A stretch of 63,358 nt of DNA, the filler included, from Cercozoa sp. M6MM (taxonomy: Eukaryota > Protista > Endomyxa: Ascetosporea), in NCBI GenBank assembly GCA_040357565.1. It is 7 parts of 7 records of this genome, joined end to end, with 100 filler letters (N's around TTAATTAATTAA, not from the genome) between each part and the next. Parts side by side here need not be neighbours in the genome. Positions count along the whole stretch, not along the records: positions 37,086 to 63,358 come from JBDODJ010000150.1; 6 more parts are not named here. One strand, given 5' to 3'. Numbering within the stretch: position 1 is the first letter of the stretch; each line of letters starts with the position of its first letter. The position numbers were made by a program, and so were the translations under genes. The notes beneath the pieces are model-generated. The model saw only the letters and a program-made list of their open reading frames with translations. It ran no database searches and was not told the origin of the DNA. This document shows, piece by piece, positions 53,082-63,358 of the stretch.

Positions 53082-55777
53082 CTGAGCTAGAGGAAGAGCT
53101 TGTGCAATTGCAGATCATGCCGCAGGTGATCGAGAGAGTACTCGAGCAGCCGTTGTCAAGCGACCCGCAGGTGCTGGCCACTGAGGCCGACTTGCCGGCT
53201 GAGACACCGGCGCCTGTGCCAGCTGCCGTGGCCGGCCAGGTGGTTGCTGCGACTCAGGCGAGTCCCAGTCTGAACGCGAACCCCAACGCGCCAAACGAGC
53301 AGTCGCAGTCGCCGCCCGAGCAGTCAGCCACTGTGACCGGCGATGCGCCGCCCTACCCGACTGCTACGCGAGCGGCGGCACCGCTGGTCACCTACTCGGA
53401 CGGTCGTCTGTCCTACCGCGATCCCGTCGAGTATCCGTTCGCGTGTCCTGTCTGCAAGAACCGTTTTCGGTAGTCCGCCTTTTCTCTCTGTCTCGTGTCC
53501 TAGGTATCTCATGCCAACACGTGTGTTGTGTGCAGACGGAAGCAGCACCTTCAGCGACACATGCAGCGTCACCAGGAGCGCTGCTATGAGTGCAAGCGCT
53601 GCCACCGACGCTTCAATGACATCAGGTAGCCCTGCTTTGGCTTGAATCGACCCCGTCACTCCAGTCACCTGTATCCGCGTGTGTAGCAACTGGGGCCGCC
53701 ATGCCACCAACTGCGACTCGCGTCTGCTGTGTCCCTTCCTTGGGTGCAAGTTCGAGGCCTCGTGCCGCCGCCTGCTGCGCTCACACATGAGCACGCACCG
53801 TCGGCCGCGCTACTCGGTGATGCCGCAGGTGCGTTCGCTTGTCTCATTTTCTGTGTGTGTTATGCGTGTGCGTGTGTGTGTGTGTGTGTGTATTGTGTGT
53901 GTGTGCGTGTGATGCCACAGGAGATCTACTCTGGAGTCAACCTGGCGCGTGCGGCGCAGGTGCCGTTGATGCAGCAGCTTAGCGGACTCTCGGGTCTCGG
54001 TCTCCTGCAGGCCAATCTGCTCGGACTGTCGCACGGCCCGATGAACGCTCTGCAGCACCTGGGTACTCTCACTGTCCCTACTTTACACTTCTGTGTTGTT
54101 CCTGTATTGGTTATGTGTGGACACATGTCTGTGCATGTGGGCAGGTGCACTAAACTCGCTGTCGTCGCTAGGTCTGACTGCGCCGCTTCTGAGCCCGACG
54201 GCGCTGAACACGCCGCTGACGGCGACAGCCGTGACAGCGGCAGCCAGTACGCGGATGGTGGGCACGCTGGGCAGTCCGAGTCTCGGCAGCGCCGGCAGTG
54301 ACTTAACAGGCGCAAGTGTGGCCACCGCTACCTCTGCCGCTTCGGCCGCGCAGAGTGGCGACAAGCTGCCGCACCGCGCGGCCACGAGTATCATGTCGGC
54401 ACTGCAGCGCGACGTCGGCCGCGTCCTGGGCCGCAAGAGTCCGACTCGTACCTTCCTCTGTCACTGTGTTGGGTGTAGTGTGTACTGGTATGTGTTTGAT
54501 GACAGGCCCGACCGGCAACGAGAGTCCTTTGCACGGCGACGGTGACTCTGAGTTCGACGTGCTCAGCGTCAGCAGCGACGACGAACCGCCGCGCAAGCGG
54601 CAGAAGGTCTCACCGGCCCTTCAGGTACACACGCATCCTGGGTTCTAATGTATCGGAGGCATCTTTGAGAGTGTCTATAGGCGCATAAAGCGTCGCTCTC
54701 GCCCTTGCTGCCGGCATCGGTGGCCACGGTACAGAACACTGCGGAGGCTGCCGAAGGCAGCAGCAACGACACTGCTAAGTTGCAGTCGCCCGTGGCGTCC
54801 TTGCTGCAGGTAGACCACCTCCCTTCCACCGATGTGTACCTTGTGTGTGCCTGTATGTATGCGCGTTGTGTGCAGATGCAAAGTAACGGCTCGGAGCAGT
54901 TGTCGACGTCGCTGGTGCGTACATTTTTGTCGGCGTTTAGCGAGTCTCCTGTCGGCATGTCGGACACTGTGACTGTGTGTTATTCTGTATACCTGGCCTA
55001 TCTGTATCTACACGTGTTTGTGTACGGTTGTGTATGTCTATCACAGTCGCAGTGGCCGGGCATGTCGTGGTCGGCGCGTGTGGAGGCGCTGGTGCAGGCC
55101 GGCGTGGCACCGCGCGGTGTCGAGCTGCTGCTACGACACCTGCGAGCTACCGAGGCCAGCACGGCCGGCGATGCCGTTTCATCGCCGATGTCGGCGCCGA
55201 TTCCTGGTGCCGCCGCTGTTCCTGGAAGTCAACAGCAGATGCAGCAGGACAAGGCCGACGTCAATGTGCTCATGGTGGTGAAGCGAGGCGCGCACTCGTA
55301 CAGCGTGCCGGTGTCGCAACTTCACGTCGACGCTGGCGAGAACTCGCTACAGCGACTGCAGCTGGACCTGCGTCGGTACCTTTTTAATCTGCCTTACGTG
55401 TGTGTCTGATACGTGTGTGTGTGCGCTCATAGAGCCATCCAGCGGTCCATGCAGGGTGAGGCGTCGCTTCTGCTGCAGCAGCAGCAGCAACAGCAACAGC
55501 TTCTGGCCAGTCTGCAGGCACAGGTACCGTGTGTAGTTTGGCAGAGTCGATGATGTACGTGCACTGGGGTGTGCAGTTGCTGCAGGCGCAGCAGACGCAG
55601 TCGCAGGCCAAGCACTGGCTGGCACTCATGCAGCAGCAGCAGCAGCAGACATCGAGTCCTGCTGGTACGCAGCAGCAGCTACAACAACAACAACAGCAGC
55701 AGCAGCAGCAGCAGCGACAACAGCAGCAACAACAACAGCAACAACAACAACAACAACAACAACAGACGCAGCAGTAG
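52720..55777 (+). CDS. C2H2 zinc-finger protein with polyQ C-terminus (multi-exon)
   Basis: FACPVCKNRFRRKQHLQRHMQRH, YECKRCHRRF, CPFLGCKF..LRSHMSTH; PPRKRQK NLS-like; CAG/CAA polyQ. Confidence 0.85.
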
Positions 55778-56499
55778 CATACAACAACAGCAACAACAGC
55801 ATCACATACACACAACCAAACAACACACCGACAGAGTGTCAACACAACACGTCGTCCATCTATCCTGTCCTTCCTCCATCGTGTCCCGTCTGTCGTGCGG
55901 TATGGCCGTTTGTGTATGCGGTGTCTCTTGGTCTTGTGGCCCTCTTCCCTTATTCCCGCGCTTTTCCATTCTCAGCATCAACACACGCAATCGTCGCAAC
56001 ATAGCCGTCTCTTTTTGTTCCTGTCCTTTCTCGTCAAAAGCAACCTGTCGCTGCTGCTTGGCCTGGCCACTCGGCAAACAAACATCAAACGCGCCTGTAC
56101 GCGCACGACACACGTCATGTGTCGCTCGTGTCCTGGTCGCTGTAACTGACCAAATCCCCAGTCGTCTCTCATGTCACAAGATTCGTTTGGGCTGTTCATT
56201 ATTGACTTTTTAAGTATCAAATCGAAAATTACTTCGTACCGTCAGGGCGGTCATTGGCCTCCGGTTGTGCATTCAGTAGAATGTTGCGCACGGTGATACT
56301 CAGTCGGTCATGACTCCCCATCGACCACTCGTCAGCGCGGACGATCAAATCTGAACCATTGGATTGTGGAAGTCGCTCGGTCAACTTACCGTCGCGTATC
56401 CCGTGCATCCTCCTCAGGCAGAAACCTTGCATAGTTCAGAGTTGTGCAGACTTTACTAGCACTGAAAACTAACTAACTCAGTTCGCTCGTTCTCACAAG

Positions 56500-57889
56500 C
56501 TACATGGCAGCCATGCGCAAAGCACCATCGAGACGAATCGTCTCGCCGTTGAGATAGCCTGTACACAGACGTATCTTTTGTGAGAGGAGGGGTAGAGGAC
56601 AAAGGAAAAATGCATACTGTTGCGGAAGATGTGCAGCACGAGCTGCGCAAACTCATTGGGCTCGCCGAGACGGGCTGGATAAGGCACCTGCAGGAGGGTA
56701 GGTAAGGGTAGGGTACAAGTGGTACAACAGAGATATACCTGCTGGGACAGCGAGTCCTGTGCAGGTTGCGGCAGACCCTTGAGCAGCGGCGTGCCCATGA
56801 TGCTACAGTACCCTCATACACAGTACCAACATGGTGCAAGCTGGAGGAACACTACCCAGGTGCAATGGAGACCACGCGGATGGCGACACGTGCCAGGTCA
56901 CGTGCCAGTGGCAGTGTCATGCCAACCACTGAGTTTCAGGGGGGGAGGGGGGGGGAGGGGGGTAAAGGGATAAAAGAAGAAACGAGGGGGTACCGCCGCC
57001 TTTGGAGGCCGAGTAGGCGGCCTGGCCGATCTGACCATCGAAGGCGGCCACCGAGGCCACGTTGACAATGACGCCTCGCTCGCCGTCCTCGCTCTCTGCG
57101 CACGTGCCTCCACGTGGCAGAGTGACCACGTGGCGACCCAGGTGATCTTGTGGATGACCCCACGGTCAACCCAGTGAGCACGTGGGAAAGGTACCGCATG
57201 TGTTGTCGGCCATGGCACGCGCGGCCAGTCGCAGCACGTTGAAGCTGCCGAGCAGGTTGATGCGCACGACTTTGTCGAAGTGCTGCAGCGAGTGCACCTT
57301 ATTGCGACGGTTCAGCACTGGTCACGGGGGAGGGTCAGTCAGGGTCAGTATATATAACAATATATATAGATATATATATATATATAACTATATATATATA
57401 TATATCTATATACTACTGCATATATAAAAATAGATATGTACATAACTATCAAGAATGCATAGGTCAGTTTACCTCGGCAGGGCCAGGCCACGCCGGCGCA
57501 GTTTACGACGCCGTGCTGGAGATTCAAACGTGTTCGTCCCCCCGCCTCCCGTTGATACAAGAAACGGTACAAGAGCGCCGAACTTGGTAACGGCATCGTT
57601 GATAGCTTGTTGCACCTGTCATTAGTCAATCAGTGAAACCATCAGTCAGCCCAACGGGACCGAATGTGCACGTGCATACCTCCGTCTCACTGCAGACGTC
57701 TGCCTTGACGTAAAGTACCTGTCAGTACCAGTAGGAGTACACGTGTGTCAGATAGTGTGTCGACTGGGAGAAACGTCAGTTCGGCACCTGGTCGGGAAAC
57801 TCGGCCTGCAGTGCCTCGCCCTTGTCGGCATCGAGATCGATCACCAGCACATTGGCCTGCCCTCACAATCACCTTGCATATCAATACTT

Positions 57890-57948
<59 letters not shown>

Positions 57949-58110
57949 GAGTGTGTGCACCTTGCTGGCGAGTAGTGCACGCGAAGTAGCCTCGCCCAGT
58001 CCACTGGCGCCTCCAGTCACGACAACCGTCTACATGCTCACCCGCGTGGACGCAACACAACAATTTACATTGTAGTCCCAACACAAGTGTACCTTGCCTT
58101 CCAACTTCAT
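56500..58110 (-). CDS. HSD17B10: 3-hydroxyacyl-CoA dehydrogenase type 2 (SDR family)
   Basis: [86 protein letters not shown]. Confidence 0.93.
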
Positions 58111-58199
58111 TCTTGAACTGAATGCAACTTGCGCACCACGTCACACACAATATAGACAGCTGAAAAAGCAGAGCAAGGATAAACGCCTTGATCCCAGGA

Positions 58200-58968
58200 T
58201 GATTGAGCCAACGAAGAAGAAGTGAGCGATTTTGGCACTCACGACCGATCACAGACCTCCGGAGGCTGCATCACGTGCGAACAGACATAGGGAGTGCCCC
58301 AGGCACTTTTGTCGAGGTGCCAAGTGATTTGAGTTGTAAATTGGAAAAGCGACTCCAGGGATTATTGAATAAATATATGGTCGCGTTGTCTCATTTATGT
58401 GCAGGCGATGGAACCGTCCGAGCGAGCGCGAATCCTGAGTGCACGGCAGAGAGGTACCCTCGTTTAAAGGCTCACCTTGTACTTGCATGCTCTTGATTAT
58501 CAGGTGAGTCGGCGATTGGATTGTGGCGGCAGGTGTTCAAGAGACTGCAGGTAGTAAAATCCTGTGTTTTAGTACAGTTTTATGAACCTTTTGGCTTAGA
58601 CGAAAGGAAGGAGCCCACGGAAGGACAAGTTGCTGCTTTCCTTGGTGCGCTTCAGTTTTTGTGTTTGCTATTGTTAGTTTGGAACTGGTGCAGATCGAGG
58701 AATGTATCGAGCACGCTGACACAACTGCATTGATCGATGACGTTGCCTTTTGCAAGGTGCGACTTTTCTCTGCTTGTGCATTGGTCTCATTGATTGGCTA
58801 GAAGTAAACCACACGCGCAGGTGCACGTTCTCCGTGCGAATCTTCAGTCGAAACCAGCACAAGCAGCGGCGCTTCTGGGCCGACTTCACGACAATCAGCA
58901 GGTAGGCTAACTCTTCGCTTTGTTGAGATCAAAACACACACACGTGTGTGTGTGCGTGTGTGTGTGTG

Positions 58969-59020
<52 letters not shown>

Positions 59021-62000
59021 TTCTGACACATCGGCACGTACCTGATAGTTCCCGCACGTGGCACTTTTCTACCGTGCCTGGGCCATCGCACTCGAGCAGA
59101 ACGGCGACTACACTGGCGTTGAGAACGCTTTCGCCGCTGCTATGGTACGGCGTACTTTTCCTTTCGACTTGCTTTAATGTGTCTCTGTGTGTTTTATGCT
59201 GCAGGAACAGAGGGCACAGCCGATGGAGTCATTGCTGACGGCACGTGAGGTATGGTTTCACTTGGTAGTTGGAAGGGGTGGTAATGGAGAGCAAGTGAAT
59301 GGAGGTAGGCCTTCCACAAGCGACTGCAGAGGAGGCGACAGCTCGCGCAGAGAGAGTCAGCACTGCCGCAGAAGCGACACCGCTCGTTGGCACCGTCGAC
59401 GGCAGCCGCCAAGGCCAACGCACTGACGCGACTCTTTCGCGAGCAGGGACTGCAGCAACAGCAGCGGTACACAACCACGCTCTGGTCCATTTGTACCTGT
59501 CTTGGTCCATGTGTACCTGGTCTGTCTTGTCCCTACTCAGTGCGATGAAGCGGCGTCGACAGCGGCAGCTGAAGGAACGCGTCGCTTTCGACACGCGCAT
59601 TCTCGTCGATGAGGAGGGCAGTGTCATGTGGTACGCTATGGTCCCTTGATCGCTGTGTGGGTGACCACTGACCACTGTGAGTCATCACTATGAGTCATCA
59701 CTGTGAATAAGCACTGTGAGTGACCACTGTGAGTCTGACATATGTGCGATCAGTTTCGAGGAGGCACGTGCGTTGTTTCAGCTACGCAAGGGCTGCTACC
59801 CGCGACTCTTTCGCGTGCGTCGGAGCGACTTTGATCGCGACCTCATGGGTAGTTTTATATCCCCCTACTTCCATTTACTTGACTCTACCTTTGTACAGGG
59901 GACGACATGTACGACTCAGAGTCAGAGTCAGGCATGGACACGGACACGGATGTACAGTCTCTTCTGCTGTACACAAAGTTTCCTTATGCATACACACACA
60001 GGGCGAAACCTCGACTGAAACTGCAGGTCGTGTGCATAGTGTAGCTCTATCTTTAGCCCTTCTGTCTCGTTTATCCTTCTTTACCTCCCTTCACCCCTCC
60101 CTGTAGCGAATCAACCTGGACACGATCTTGGGCGACCCGACAATTGTGCTGCGCGACAAAGTCAACCTTCCACAACCACGGCAGGAAAAACAACAACAGG
60201 AAAAACACCAACAGGAAAAACACCAACTGGAAAAACAACGACGCGAAAAACAACAACAGCAGTTGCTTCAGAGGGATCAACGCCGACTGTCGACGCTGCA
60301 CGAGGAGCAGGAGGAGTCATACCCCCAGTATAACAACAAGCCTGTCGGTGACACTGACGGTGCGATCAATCAGCAGCAGACTGACGGTGCGATCGATCAG
60401 CAGACTGACGGTGTCACTGCTGACGGTGAGATACCGGGCGACACGTGCACCTTCAAATTCAACACGGTCGATCTGCGGCGCTGTCAGCAGCAGGCGCAGT
60501 CACTGGCTGAGGAGGTGCCTCCCCCCTTGACCCCTCTTACTCCCACCCTTGCCCTTTACCCCTCTTACCCCTCCCTTATTCCCTTTACCCCTCTTACTCC
60601 CTTCCTTATCCTCTTTACCCCTCTCCCCCAGGTGAAGAAAGAGCAAGAGCTAGCGAACCCGTTTTTGCCGACGCGACAGGCACTTGCGTTTCGCGATGAC
60701 GAGGCTGCTGATGGTGCGTGGTTTCCCCCCCCCCCCCGCTCCCTTTACCCCCCCCCCCCGTGTTGCGGTAGCAGACAACAGCGTCAGCGGCGGCGCCGCG
60801 GTGGACGAAATGATCGATTTTCTGAGCACTTCGCATCGCGCGCCGTCCAAGCACAATGCGCGTGTCGAGGTACTTCCCCCTCTCGCCCAACACCCCCTTT
60901 CCTTGTTCCTTCAGCTTTTTCTTAATTCCCAACACGTTGTACCCCCCATTTACCTTCCCTTCCTGTCATTTTGTTCTTCCTTTACCTCATCTTACCTCCC
61001 CTTTACAGCCCAATTTACACCCCATTAAACACCCCTCTCCACAGCAAGCGCAGCAGACGCTGCCGCCGCTGCCGTTCGAAGAACCGACGGCGCAGCCGCT
61101 GCTGGTACCGCCGCGGCCAGGCGACGACGACGCGCACGAGGACTCTCGCATGTGCTCTCTCTCTCTCTCTCTATCAGTCGGTGTGTATCGGTCAGAGTGT
61201 GTGTCAGTCTGTGTGTGTGTGTCAGCTGGGATGGTGTCCGTGTGTGTTTGGTGAGGACAGTGAGACGGCCGGCGAACCCGTGGACCTTGGTCTGTCGCTC
61301 GGCGAAATGGTCGGCGTCGGCGACGTCTCCATGCGCGTCGCCGACGACGATGAGAACGAGGCGCCGACGCGGTACGTTTTTGCCCCTTATTCCCTAACCC
61401 CTCCCCCTATCTCCCCCTATATACCCCGGTCCAGGCGACTACTGGAGGCGCAGGACATGGTGCGCGAAATGTTCGACCCGCAGACACTTGGTGCGGCGTT
61501 TGCCTTCTCTTTACCCCCCTTCTCCTGTCTTACCTTACCCCTTCCATAGATGACTTTGGCGACGAAGTGCTGCCGCGAACGAGTGTGTCTAGTCTCCAGT
61601 GTAATACATACAGTGTAGCACATACGGACAGACTTGTGTGCAGACAGGAACGAGCGCGAGGTGTCGATGGCGTCGCCGTCGCTGTCGCTGTCGTCGCGGG
61701 TACACACACACACACATGCACACACACACACACCAGGCTTGTTGACAACAGTGCCTAGTAGTGGACCAGATACCTACTGTATATGTGTGTGTCTGTGAGT
61801 AGCAGGTGCACGTGTCGTCGTCGGTGACAGCGCTGCGACGGCAGACGGTGGACCCGTTCGACCGCGAGGTGCGACGACAGCAGCTGCGACGCGCCGTGAC
61901 GACGCCGGCTGAGCAACGGCATCTCCGCGCGGACGAGAGCTACGGCGCGGCCTGGTGGCAGCAGCGGCTCCGCGCGGCGCGGCAGCAGGCGGAGCGGCCG

Positions 62001-63305
62001 CGACAGCAGCGTTTCTCGCTGGCGCGCGTCGTGGCTGACCTGCGCAGCCGCGCGGCTCTGGTCGACATGGAGCTCTCTGACGAGTGCACGCTCTGCGTCG
62101 AGCGCATCGTCAGCGACACCGTCACTGGCACTGGTACCACTCTGGAAACCCTATTGATACCACACACGGGGGTAGGTGGGGGACCCTGTTGATTCCACGG
62201 TGACGCAGGCATCAGGCGGACTGAATTGGACGCCGACTGCGTCGACTGCGCCGTCGGCTCCGACGACGAAACACTGCGTGTCACTGTGGCTGCCGGTACT
62301 CTTACCCCCTTGCGTACCCCCTTTACCCCTGCCCCTTATCTCCCTCTTACTCCCTTAATCCCCATCCACAGGTATCACGAATGAGAACACATCGCGACCG
62401 CTGAGCGAGGAGGAGAAACTGGTACACTTGTGTGGCTTTTGGTACTTGATGTGCAGAGTGGGGGAGGAGGGTCTGCACACATCCGCGCGGAAGCAGGAGG
62501 AGCTGCGTGCGTATATGCAAGGTGTGACACTGCGCGAGACATTGACGCAGCAGGAGGCGTCGCTGCTGGTGCTGCCGCGGCGTGCCTTTGTGTTTCCGCA
62601 CGTGGTGGTGAGCCTAGCCGATCGAGCGCACGGCGCGCTGTCGCTGCGACGCATCTTGGAGTGCTACCGGCGACGCCAACAGCGCATACCGGAGGACGTG
62701 GCCTTGCTGCTGACATTGGACATGCTGCGAGCCACACAGGCACTGCATCGCCGTGGTCTGCTGCACTGCCGCCTGTCTCCTGACGCCTTCCTGTTTAGAC
62801 GCTCGCACGAGTACCCTATCCTGCACCCTGTCCCTGTACCGTCCCTCCTGTGTTTGCTACCTCCCTCTTGCTGTAAGGGAGCTGCGCACTGACTGGACAC
62901 CGGAACGACAAGGCGCATGGCAGCACACCGGCCTCGCTTTGGTAGAGTCTATGTGTCTGGATTAGGGAGGATACAGAGAGAAAGATAGAGATGACTGTGC
63001 GAGGGTAGAGGTACGCCGAGGACGCCGTGATTCGACCCATGTACCCGGCGCACTGCTTCTTCACGCACGGCGACACCAAGGCCAGTGCCGACGGCGAGGA
63101 CCGACGCGTGACGTCGCTGCCGCTGTCGGAGTGGACACTCGAGATCGATGCCGTCGGCATTGTGGGCTGCGTCTACGCCATGCTGCGCGGTCCCGACAGC
63201 GGCAACGTCGAGCTGCGCGCCGCTCCCGACGACCACGGACTCGTGCTGCGCTCGCCGCTGCCGCGCGACCTTCGGCACGCCGGCCTGTGGGCTCAGATAC
63301 TCGAG
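58200..63305 (+). CDS. BUB1/BUBR1 (MadBub) family checkpoint protein with degenerate kinase domain (start approximate, 3'-partial)
   Basis: TPR ALFYRAWAIALE..RAQP, GLEBS-like SFEEARA, CD1-like APTRRLLEAQDMVREMF, TVDPFD, kinase C-lobe WTLEIDAVGIVGCVYAMLRG. Confidence 0.82.
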
Positions 63306-63313
63306 TAATAGCT

Positions 63314-63358
<45 letters not shown>

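Overview
Eukaryotic (protist-like) nuclear DNA made of seven unrelated contigs joined by artificial 100-nt spacers (N44-TTAATTAATTAA-N44). Contig 1 (1-15008) holds a divergent 18S-5.8S-28S rDNA unit, a linked 5S gene, and a dense cluster of tRNA genes on both strands with 29 different anticodons (15 amino acids). Each anticodon occurs once, apart from an Ala/Gln duplicate next to a gap. The tRNAs are interleaved with IGS-type subrepeats, some carrying B-box/tRNA remnants. This rRNA+5S+non-redundant tRNA super-cluster is the standout candidate system. The other contigs carry intron-dense genes with short, microsatellite-filled introns and a GTAC-biased donor: TOR, a coiled-coil protein, an EGF/Cys-rich multipass membrane protein, NOC2, a Cdc15/SepH/MAP3K-epsilon-like kinase, SepSecS, REV3, a PSD2-type phosphatidylserine decarboxylase, Sec15, a polyQ C2H2 zinc-finger protein, HSD17B10 and a BUB1/BUBR1-family protein with an apparently dead kinase. 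Gene calls come from motif recognition and manual splicing by eye. Boundaries of spliced genes are approximate and no database searches were run.
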